The translations under genes were made by a program, and so were the position numbers. DNA of 15,984 bases, taken from NCBI GenBank assembly GCA_002452325.1, contig DKFG01000025.1, positions 9,056 through 25,039 on the forward strand, given 5' to 3'. Below the pieces are notes generated by a model. That model worked only from the letters and a program-made list of their open reading frames with translations. It was not told where the DNA came from and made no database searches. This stretch comes from Geobacter sp. UBA6802 (GTDB lineage Bacteria > Desulfobacterota > Desulfuromonadia > Geobacterales > Pseudopelobacteraceae). Each line of letters starts with the position of its first letter. Within the stretch, counting starts at the first letter, position 1. This document shows, piece by piece, positions 1 to 6,153 of the stretch.

Positions 1-1
1 G

Positions 2-640
2 ATAGTGATTGCGCCGCAGTATGATTATGCATTCAGCTTTTCCGACGGTCTGGCTTTTATCAGTCAGGGTGGCAAAAATAGTTATATAGACAAACAGGGC
101 CGGATAGTGATTGAACCGCAGTTTGATGATCCAAGCAATTTTTACGACGGTCTGGCCAGTATCAAGCAAGGTGGCAAATACGGATACATCAACAAACAGG
201 GGGGGATGGTGGTTTCGCCGCAGTTTGATTTTGCAAACGATTTTTCCGACGGCCTGGCCCTTATCAAGCAAGGTGGCAAATACGGCTTTATCAGCAAACA
301 GGGCCGGATAGTGATTGCGCCGCAGTTTGATGATGATGCAAACGATTTTTCCGACGGCCTGGCCCGTATCAAGCAAGGTGGCAAATACGGCTACATCAGC
401 AAACAGGGCCGGATAGTGATTGCGCCGCAGTATGATGATGCAAACAATTTTTCCGACGGTCTGGCCTATATCAAGCAAGGTGACAAATGGGGCTACATCA
501 ATAAACAAGGCCGGATGGTGATTGAACCCCAGTTTGATATTGCAAACAATTTTTCCGACGGCCTGGCCCGTATCAAGCAAGGTGACAAATGGGGCTACAT
601 CAATAAACAAGGCCGGATGGTCGTTCAGGAAGACACGCAG
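2..640 (+). repeat. In-frame tandem repeat of six or more units, period 101-105 nt, encoding the WG repeats
   Basis: The unit marker ggccggat(a/g)gtg starts at 98, 302, 407, 509 and 611, with a degenerate copy near 201 and a truncated copy at nt 1. Positions 469-519 and 571-621 are a perfect 51-nt match at an offset of 102. Confidence 0.9.
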
Positions 641-1105
641 TGCGGTGTCACGGTTGTTAAGGACGCTTCGGGCAAGGTAACCTGGCCGCGCAACATTCAG
701 CAGATCTGCCAAAAACAAAAGCAAGAACAGGCTGAAGCCGCCCGCAGGGAGCGGGAGGCTTCCCGGAGTTCGTATTCGAGTTCAAATAGCAGCAGTAAAT
801 CATGTGATTTCATTACCGTGAATTTCGATGTCGTAGCCGGTTTTTCCACTCAAGGCGTGGATCGAGTTTTCACAATGTCACCTGTTGACAGTGCAACCGG
901 AAGAGTAGAGCAGCAATCCAGTAAAAAAGGAGCCACCATTTTTAGGTCGTACAATAAGAGTCTAAGTGGTTACTACACGTGGAACGCCATGTGGGATAAC
1001 AACAGAAAAGGCTGTTCAGGCAAAATCTATGTCAGCGGCCAAAAGTGCAATGTTCTGTTAAACGTTTACACTGACTGTCGTGATGCTGGATCTACAGAAT
1101 TTTGA
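2..1105 (+). CDS. WG-repeat (KWG-type) exported protein; the 5' end lies outside the window
   Basis: The frame is open to the left edge (frame of nt 2; the 'M' at nt 5 is an internal GTG). There are six consecutive 34-35-aa units of the form PQ(F/Y)D.A..FSDGLA.IKQG(G/D)K(Y/W)GYI.KQGR.V. These are followed by the linker EQAEAARREREASRSSYS (725-778) plus a Ser-rich tail, then a ~105-aa Cys-containing C-terminal domain. The TGA stop at 1103-1105 is followed by a hairpin terminator. Confidence 0.85.
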   Translation: MVIAPQYDYAFSFSDGLAFISQGGKNSYIDKQGRIVIEPQFDDPSNFYDGLASIKQGGKYGYINKQGGMVVSPQFDFANDFSDGLALIKQGGKYGFISKQGRIVIAPQFDDDANDFSDGLARIKQGGKYGYISKQGRIVIAPQYDDANNFSDGLAYIKQGDKWGYINKQGRMVIEPQFDIANNFSDGLARIKQGDKWGYINKQGRMVVQEDTQCGVTVVKDASGKVTWPRNIQQICQKQKQEQAEAARREREASRSSYSSSNSSSKSCDFITVNFDVVAGFSTQGVDRVFTMSPVDSATGRVEQQSSKKGATIFRSYNKSLSGYYTWNAMWDNNRKGCSGKIYVSGQKCNVLLNVYTDCRDAGSTEF

Positions 1106-1119
1106 TCCCGTTACCACTT

Positions 1120-1153
1120 CCCCGCCCGGCATCTGCCCGGGCGGGGTCTTTTT
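1120..1153 (+). terminator. Rho-independent terminator after the WG-repeat gene; copy 1 of a repeated hairpin element (1114-1154)
   Basis: A 10-bp GC stem (ccccgcccgg 1120-1129 pairing with ccgggcgggg 1137-1146) is followed by tcttttt. Confidence 0.8.
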
Positions 1154-1180
1154 ATCCCACTGGCAGCAGTATCTAAACTG

Positions 1181-1189
1181 TGGTAGAAT
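1181..1189 (+). promoter_or_regulatory. Candidate extended -10 promoter (TGgTAGAAT) for the MNT/HEPN pair
   Basis: TG at 1181-1182 and TAGAAT at 1184-1189 lie about 30 nt upstream of the GTG at 1220. The -35 at 17-nt spacing is poor (TGGCAG). Sequence pattern only. Confidence 0.3.
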
Positions 1190-1219
1190 TTTGGCAACTT
1201 TTGCAGATAGAGGTGGCCT

Positions 1220-1561
1220 GTGGCCCGGATAACCCCACACATAGCCGCGCATGGTCTTGATCAAGGCTTGATTGACGAGATTGTAAACCGACTTCAGAAA
1301 ATAGCGCCGATGCAGATTTTTCTGTTTGGCAGTCAGGCAACCGGATCTGCCCATGCAGACAGCGACATAGACCTGCTGCTTATCAAGAAAGAAGTCTCAT
1401 CAGCCATAAAAGAGTCAATTGAAGCCAGAAAACTGTTGCGTGGTCTGGGACACTCCTTTGACCTGATTGTGACTACACCGGAAGAGTTTGAATTTTATCG
1501 TACCCAGGTGAACTCGGTGCATCATGCGGTGGCCAACTATGGGAGGCGGCTGTATGGGTAA
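1220..1561 (+). CDS. Minimal nucleotidyltransferase (MNT, Pol-beta superfamily), putative antitoxin of a HEPN/MNT pair
   Basis: The motif LFGSQATGSAHADSDIDLLL (nt 1328-1372) fits the GS...D.D nucleotidyltransferase signature. The protein is 113 aa. A GTG start at 1220 has AGAGG about 6 nt upstream. The 3' end overlaps the next ORF. Confidence 0.85.
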   Translation: MARITPHIAAHGLDQGLIDEIVNRLQKIAPMQIFLFGSQATGSAHADSDIDLLLIKKEVSSAIKESIEARKLLRGLGHSFDLIVTTPEEFEFYRTQVNSVHHAVANYGRRLYG

Positions 1562-1952
1562 TGGGCCGTTTCTTGATCAGCAGGCGATATTTGTCCTGAA
1601 GGCACGCCAGGACTTTTCGCTAGTCCATGAGGTTATGGGCAACAACAAGGTGGCGCCGGAAATCATGCTGTTTCATATTCAACAGGGCGTAGAAAAACTG
1701 ATAAAAGCCCTGTTCTGTATCCACGCTGTACGCTTCCCCAAAACCCATGATCTTGATGAACTTGTTGAGCTGGCCCTGGAGCACAACATACCTCTTCCAC
1801 CGTTTATGGAAACCTTGACGGAGCTTTCACCCTATGCCGTTGAATGGCGTTACGCCATCCTGCATGATGACCTGCACGACATAGCCGCCATGCTGGAGCA
1901 GGCTGAAAAGTTTTTGCAGTTTGTAGAGTCTTTCCTGAATTCACAAAAATAG
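1554..1952 (+). CDS. HEPN-domain protein, putative toxin partner of the MNT
   Basis: An R-x4-H motif is present in EWRYAILHD (Arg codon 1848-1850, His codon 1863-1865). I prefer the ATG at 1554 over the track start at 1524. It has GGAGG (1541-1545) about 8 nt upstream and overlaps the MNT stop by 8 nt (ATGGGTAA), the usual toxin-antitoxin coupling. About 132 aa and all-helical in appearance. Confidence 0.8.
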   Translation: MGNGPFLDQQAIFVLKARQDFSLVHEVMGNNKVAPEIMLFHIQQGVEKLIKALFCIHAVRFPKTHDLDELVELALEHNIPLPPFMETLTELSPYAVEWRYAILHDDLHDIAAMLEQAEKFLQFVESFLNSQK

Positions 1953-1968
1953 TCTTCATCTGCCACTT

Positions 1969-2003
1969 CCCCGTCCGGCACCTGCCCGGGCGGGTTTCTT
2001 TTT
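1969..2003 (+). terminator. Rho-independent terminator after the HEPN gene; copy 2 of the repeated hairpin element (1963-2004)
   Basis: The stem cccgtccgg (1970-1978) pairs with ccgggcggg (1986-1994) and includes one G-U pair. It is followed by tttcttttt. Positions 1963-2004 match 1114-1154 in about 37 of 41 positions, and the match includes the unpaired 5' flank ccacttc. Confidence 0.8.
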
Positions 2004-2023
2004 ACCACATCCGTCACACCATC

Positions 2024-2034
2024 TGTCCGTCTAA
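2024..2034 (+). promoter_or_regulatory. Copy (a) of the recurrent motif TGTCCGTCTAA; candidate alternative-sigma -10 element or operator
   Basis: An exact 11-mer with 43 nt between it and the ATG at 2078, on the same strand as the gene. See the motif finding. Confidence 0.5.
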
Positions 2035-2077
2035 CCTTTCTGAGTAAGCACCATTCAGACAAGGGAGCAACCAGGCC

Positions 2078-3925
2078 ATGCACCACCACAGCTACGCACA
2101 CGACTACCGCCTGCAGACCAACCGCTACACACGCCACGAAGAGGTAACCAGAGAGGTAACCGCTGGCATGGGTCAGCAGCCAACCGGCACCACTCTTCTG
2201 CCTAGCGGCAATGGTTGGCAGCAAGCATTGATTCTGCCCACGGTTACCCAACGCGATGACGGTATTCTGCTGGACAGCAGCGTCTCCAGCCGGATGCTTT
2301 GGCTGCAGTTGGACTCCGGCAGGATATGGGGGCTCTCGTACCGCAGCCGGTCATCGCTGCTGAGTTTCCGTGAGCTGAAAAAGATCGCGCAACGACTGGA
2401 AGCCGCACAGCAGCGCGAGATTGAGACGCTGCCGGGTCACCTGGCCAAGCTGTTCGGCTGGTTTACCTGTGGCTACAGTACATGGGAAGACCTTGACGAG
2501 ATCGCCGAGGATCTGGTGCGGGAAAAGCTGCGGGCCAGCCAACAATGGGATCAGGGCTACCTACTGACGGATGAATCGCTGCGCAAGGCTGCCGCACCGT
2601 TCAGGCAACGGTTTGTTGACGGGCTGGCATCCTTTAATGCAGCACTGGATCAGGAACTGTTGCACATGATCGGCGCTGACGACCATCAGACCATGGTGGA
2701 CACCACCCGCTACAACTACCTGCTGCATCCGATCGACAAGATCAGCACCTACCGCCGCCAGGCAGTGCAGACCTTCCCCCTGCTGGGCGACCTCTTCACC
2801 GGCGCCAGCACAGAGCACGCTGTGCAGCGTCTGCACAACTGGATCGATGCCGGCAACCCGCTGCTGACTGCCGTGGCCGATTACTGCCGCTGCGTCAAGA
2901 CCATCCCCCGTTTGCTGGCCGGCAAGGAATATGCTGAAATCGGCGCTGAATGGCAGGGCCAACTGCCGCTGTTAACCGACCTGCTGGGGATGCTGCCGCC
3001 GGATTACTGGCCCAAAAGCGCTGAAGAATGGCAACTGTTCAACCAGTGGCTGAGGCCGGTCTTCTATGCCCTGGGTGACACGCGACAGCGCAGCTACAGA
3101 CAGCAACTGCCCGGCTGGCTGCAGGAGCTTGCCAAGGAAGGCTACAATCGGATAGCAGACCGGCTTGAGCGGCATGGCGTGTCACTGGTGGATATCACGA
3201 CCCTGCCCGACTTTGAGCGCTCGCTGGGTGAATGGGCTAACCAGATTGATGCCGATCCTGACCAAGCCCTTGAGGCGCTGCACCAGTACTCCATCCTGCG
3301 TCTGGCGCAGCTTTCGCGACGCTGGCACGACTGGCAGGTGCGCCGCGTGGGCGAGGCCGAGCCAGACCTGTTTGCTGACATGGACGGGGATACCAGCGAC
3401 CATCGCCACTCCTGCTGGCTGAGCCTGATCGACAAACCCTGGCCCCATGGCCGTCACCAGGTGGTGCCGCTGACCACGCCGCTGATGCTGCAGAATGAAG
3501 GCGGCCGCATGGGCCATTGCGTGGGCAGCTACGCCAGTGTCTGCCTCTACTTTGGCTCCCACATTTTTTCGATCCGTGATACAACAAGCAACAAATCGCT
3601 CTCGACCGTTGAAATGAAACTTGCCGATGAAGGGTTCTTTGCCGGCAAGGTGCATGTGGTGCAGCATCGCGGGCCAGCCAATGCCGACCCCACGCCGGAA
3701 TGCCAACAGACCCTCAAGGCCTTTTTGTGGCACCTGCGCTGGGCACTCAAGCAGGAACGGATCAATGACCTGCAGCGTCAACTGCAGCAGCGCTGCGAGG
3801 AATCGGCCGCTTTTCTGCAAACAACCAAAATCAGGTGGTGGTCGGAGCAACAGATTGCCCAGTTCCGGGAACTGCTGCAGGGGTATGCAGGGCTGCTTGA
3901 TGCTGTGCACGAAAAATCAGGATAA
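2078..3925 (+). CDS. Large protein of unknown function with a PcfJ-like C-terminal domain
   Basis: A 615-aa ORF with GGGAG 10 nt upstream. An alternative start is the ATG at 2168. Near the C-terminus, LQNEGGRMGHCVGSYASVCLYFGSHIFSIRD...VVQHRGPANADP resembles the EG..M.HCV..Y...G...I.S.R core of PcfJ-like proteins as I remember it. The N-terminal ~470 aa is unassigned. Confidence 0.6.
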   Translation: MHHHSYAHDYRLQTNRYTRHEEVTREVTAGMGQQPTGTTLLPSGNGWQQALILPTVTQRDDGILLDSSVSSRMLWLQLDSGRIWGLSYRSRSSLLSFRELKKIAQRLEAAQQREIETLPGHLAKLFGWFTCGYSTWEDLDEIAEDLVREKLRASQQWDQGYLLTDESLRKAAAPFRQRFVDGLASFNAALDQELLHMIGADDHQTMVDTTRYNYLLHPIDKISTYRRQAVQTFPLLGDLFTGASTEHAVQRLHNWIDAGNPLLTAVADYCRCVKTIPRLLAGKEYAEIGAEWQGQLPLLTDLLGMLPPDYWPKSAEEWQLFNQWLRPVFYALGDTRQRSYRQQLPGWLQELAKEGYNRIADRLERHGVSLVDITTLPDFERSLGEWANQIDADPDQALEALHQYSILRLAQLSRRWHDWQVRRVGEAEPDLFADMDGDTSDHRHSCWLSLIDKPWPHGRHQVVPLTTPLMLQNEGGRMGHCVGSYASVCLYFGSHIFSIRDTTSNKSLSTVEMKLADEGFFAGKVHVVQHRGPANADPTPECQQTLKAFLWHLRWALKQERINDLQRQLQQRCEESAAFLQTTKIRWWSEQQIAQFRELLQGYAGLLDAVHEKSG

Positions 3926-3936
3926 CCGGGCAGCCA

Positions 3937-3947
3937 TGTCCGTCTAA
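3937..3947 (+). promoter_or_regulatory. Copy (b) of the recurrent motif TGTCCGTCTAA
   Basis: An exact 11-mer with 37 nt between it and the ATG at 3985. It sits exactly at the switch from GC-rich to AT-rich sequence. Confidence 0.5.
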
Positions 3948-3984
3948 GATTGTTGAATTTAGCGACATAAAATAAGGAGAAAAA

Positions 3985-4437
3985 ATGAAGATATTAGTGG
4001 CAGTTCTATCCTTGCTGGTTATTTCAATAAACAGCTTCGCATTAGATATTAAGGTAAATAGCATTACTAAAATGAAAAATAACATCAAAAAAACTGAAAT
4101 AACACAAATACCATCTACTGAAGAACGTAATGGATTATATCAAATGGTTAAAGAAGATACCCCTCAAAGTAATATGCTTCTTGAAGGCATAAAAGATGAT
4201 TTAACGCCTGAAGGTGTCAAGCTGTTTAACAAAGATAGAATAGGTTTCTTCAAATTGAATACTATCGAAATCAGAGGGTATCTTGTTGATTGCAATAGTA
4301 AACTTATTGCCCCTGCCTATTCTACAGACAAATATAATAAAACAATTATAATGTCTAAGACTTTTGAACCAAATTTCAGAAAAGCACAACCACAATTTGG
4401 AGAAGATATCGTTGTCACATTAAGTTGCAAAAGGTAA
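3985..4437 (+). CDS. Small AT-rich secreted protein of unknown function
   Basis: A strong RBS (AAGGAG, then 6 nt, then ATG). The signal peptide is MKILVAVLSLLVISINSFA|LD. The protein is 150 aa with two Cys and has no recognisable motif. Very low G+C compared with its neighbours. Confidence 0.7.
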   Translation: MKILVAVLSLLVISINSFALDIKVNSITKMKNNIKKTEITQIPSTEERNGLYQMVKEDTPQSNMLLEGIKDDLTPEGVKLFNKDRIGFFKLNTIEIRGYLVDCNSKLIAPAYSTDKYNKTIIMSKTFEPNFRKAQPQFGEDIVVTLSCKR

Positions 4438-4439
4438 GG

Positions 4440-4508
4440 ATGATATCGGTACTGTTCGGCAATACCATCCCGGCGGCGGCGGTCCGCGAAATTGAGGCGG
4501 CCAGCTAG
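4440..4508 (+). pseudogene. Possible relic of the 3' end of a GC-rich plus-strand gene (…ILFGNTIPAAAVREIEAAS*)
   Basis: A 22-codon GC-rich reading frame ends at the TAG at 4506-4508, 16 nt before hairpin 4525-4551. It lies between two AT-rich cassettes. Too short to assign. Confidence 0.3.
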
Positions 4509-4524
4509 TCAACTACACCAAACA

Positions 4525-4615
4525 CCCCGCCCGGTTCCTGCCGCGGCGGGGTGTTTCATTTTACTGCACCTGCTGCCTTGCCTTGGCCCGTTTTGCCAGC
4601 CCTTCCCGTACCGGC
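4525..4615. repeat. Direct repeat copy A: hairpin terminator 4525-4551 plus a duplicated gene 3' end
   Basis: Positions 4525-4602 match 6063-6140 with one mismatch in 78 nt (4535 t versus 6073 c, in the loop). Positions 4603-4615 still match 9 of 13. Confidence 0.95.
4561..4615 (-). pseudogene. Duplicated last 16 codons plus stop (VREGLAKRAKARQQVQ*) of the lipoprotein gene at 6099-7112
   Basis: The C-terminal peptide is identical to that of the 6099-7112 ORF. Upstream of it the frame runs into antisense AT-rich DNA, so the track ORF 4561-4758 is not a real gene. Confidence 0.75.
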
Positions 4616-4702
4616 GCTAAAATCGATTGTAAACACCTGATATTTAGAATAAATTGCTCATTACATTTTAGCTGTATAACATTTACATGGGAGGGAAATC
4701 TA

Positions 4703-6028
4703 ATGTTGGTGAGACGAATTACAGTTTCGTTGTTTTTAACCTGCTGCACATTGATCATGTGGACAAGTATGGTTAATGCAGAAACAGCAAAGCATAGAAG
4801 AAATTCGGAAACTGTTTCATCAAGTTACAATTCGGATATGGCAGTAGGAACAATAACCGACGGACTTGTTGCTTACTTTCCTTTTGAAAATGATGCACAA
4901 GACGTCAGCGGAAATTTTAATCATGGCCTCATTAATGGCAACGTAAAATTCGTAATTAGCGCCATAGGTAAAGGAGCTAAATTTAATGGCATAAATAGCC
5001 AAGGAGGGAATCAAAATCCGGACTACATACGCGTACCAAGTTCTGAAACTTTAAAATTTCACAACTCACTGACGGTATCATACTGGATTCACATTGACGG
5101 GAATCAAGTTCAAACTGCTGCAAACTGCTCTGGGGCAGTAGTATACGGTATTGGTGGTACAATTTTGGGAAAAAGCGGTGATCGCAACGGGTTTGTTTTT
5201 GGAGAATCAGAAAATGACAGTTCATTCATGATAAACCCCTACCAACGCGGAGTTGGCTTATCAAGCAAAAGTGGAGAATTGCCTAGTGCTTATAAAGCAT
5301 TTCGACATATAGCTTACACAATTGATGGCAATACTATAAGTCAATATGTCAACGGTGTTTTGGTTAACAAAGGTAATGGATCAGTTGATTTTTCATCTTC
5401 AAATTCGCGCGATATGTATATCGGCACCAGCTACAATCGCGGTGGAGCATGCTTGGACTACTGGTTCCAATTTGATGGAATAATTGATGAAGTTCGTATT
5501 TACAACCGAGCACTTTCACAATCAGAAATCCAACAAAATTTAAACACTGACAAGCTAAAAATGAAAAAACAGTATCGAAGCAATTACAAAAACATTAAAA
5601 CATTAGATGATCATGATATTTTTATAAAAACTTATACAGGTAAAGATCCTGGCAAATTAATACCAAAAGTAAAAAAAATGAAAGCGTCTGCAGAGTTGAG
5701 AGCAAAGCGGGAACAGGCTGAGGCTGCACGCAGAGAGCAAGATACTTCACGAAATTCATATTCAAGACCAGGAGGTTATACCTCAACTGGATCAACTTAT
5801 CCAACCTGTGGGTCGAATGATACATGCTTCGAAATAATTGAACAAAGCTGGACAGAAAAAAATTATTCAAAATACAGAATTCGTTGCACCAAAGGGCCTT
5901 ACACTGGCAGCGAAAAATGTCTTAGCAAATGGCATGATTCTGGAAAATGGGCATCGGGATGTGCTGTTGGGGACTATCATACATATGATTCTGCGCTGAG
6001 GGCTGGCAATTACAGTTGTTCTCCATAA
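4703..6028 (+). CDS. Exported LamG / concanavalin-A-like lectin domain protein with a Cys-rich C-terminal domain
   Basis: The likely start is the ATG at 4703, with GGGAGGG at 4689-4695; the track start at 4583 lies inside the duplicated segment. The signal peptide is MLVRRITVSLFLTCCTLIMWTSMVNA|E. The LamG_3-type pattern spans about nt 4850-5535 (LVAYFPFENDAQDVSGN...GKGAKFNG...DYIRVP...LTVSYWI...FRHIAYTIDGN...YVNGVL...MYIG...FDGIIDEVRIYNRALSQSEI). It is followed by the linker EQAEAARREQDTSRNSYS (5711-5764) and a ~85-aa C-terminus with 7 Cys. Confidence 0.85.
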   Translation: MLVRRITVSLFLTCCTLIMWTSMVNAETAKHRRNSETVSSSYNSDMAVGTITDGLVAYFPFENDAQDVSGNFNHGLINGNVKFVISAIGKGAKFNGINSQGGNQNPDYIRVPSSETLKFHNSLTVSYWIHIDGNQVQTAANCSGAVVYGIGGTILGKSGDRNGFVFGESENDSSFMINPYQRGVGLSSKSGELPSAYKAFRHIAYTIDGNTISQYVNGVLVNKGNGSVDFSSSNSRDMYIGTSYNRGGACLDYWFQFDGIIDEVRIYNRALSQSEIQQNLNTDKLKMKKQYRSNYKNIKTLDDHDIFIKTYTGKDPGKLIPKVKKMKASAELRAKREQAEAARREQDTSRNSYSRPGGYTSTGSTYPTCGSNDTCFEIIEQSWTEKNYSKYRIRCTKGPYTGSEKCLSKWHDSGKWASGCAVGDYHTYDSALRAGNYSCSP

Positions 6029-6062
6029 CCACCAGTTCAAATACGTTCTGTCTGTCCCTACT

Positions 6063-6153
6063 CCCCGCCCGGCTCCTGCCGCGGCGGGGTGTTTCATTTT
6101 ACTGCACCTGCTGCCTTGCCTTGGCCCGTTTTGCCAGCCCCTCACGCACCCGC
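6063..6153. repeat. Direct repeat copy B: bidirectional hairpin terminator 6063-6089 plus the genuine 3' end of the lipoprotein gene
   Basis: See copy A. The hairpin is ccccgcccgg-ctcct-gccgcggcgggg, followed on the plus strand by tgtttcatttt. Confidence 0.95.

Noticed and set aside
2-640. The regularly spaced ~102-nt repeats as a possible CRISPR array or non-coding satellite.
   Set aside because: The repeats are in frame within a long ORF, have no unique spacers of constant size, and encode a recognisable WG protein repeat.
1192-1205. A sigma-54-like pattern, TGGCA-N4-TTGCA, upstream of the MNT gene.
   Set aside because: The GG and GC dinucleotides are 10 nt apart rather than the invariant 12. 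An extended -10 (TGgTAGAAT) just upstream explains the region better.
1058-2251. Minus-strand ORFs 1058-1354 and 1850-2251.
   Set aside because: They run across terminator hairpins and intergenic DNA, are antisense to well-supported genes, and have no RBS or recognisable motifs.
3182-3910. Long antisense or overlapping ORFs inside GC-rich genes. Examples are 3182-3910(-), 2561-2962(-), 6378-6959(+), 8110-8769(+), 9256-9825(+), 9098-9553(+), 9859-10233(+) and 10915-11589(-).
   Set aside because: Each lies entirely within a longer ORF on the other strand or in another frame, and that longer ORF has clear domain signatures. Their translations are Arg/Ala/Gly/Pro-rich with no motifs, as expected from stop-codon depletion in GC-rich DNA.
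4561-4758. Track ORF 4561-4758(-), and the long N-terminal extension of the LamG ORF starting at 4583.
   Set aside because: Both are by-products of the duplicated gene-end segment. The minus-strand ORF is 16 real codons fused to antisense AT-rich sequence. The plus-strand extension reads through the repeat, whereas the ATG at 4703 has a GGGAGGG RBS and opens a signal peptide.
1114-6153. The idea that the repeated hairpins are integron attC sites and that the window is a cassette array.
   Set aside because: The hairpins have no GTTRRRY-type core sites at their ends. There is no integrase or attI in the window. The hairpins are short GC stems with T-tracts, typical of terminators, and the cassettes carry their own promoter-like signals.
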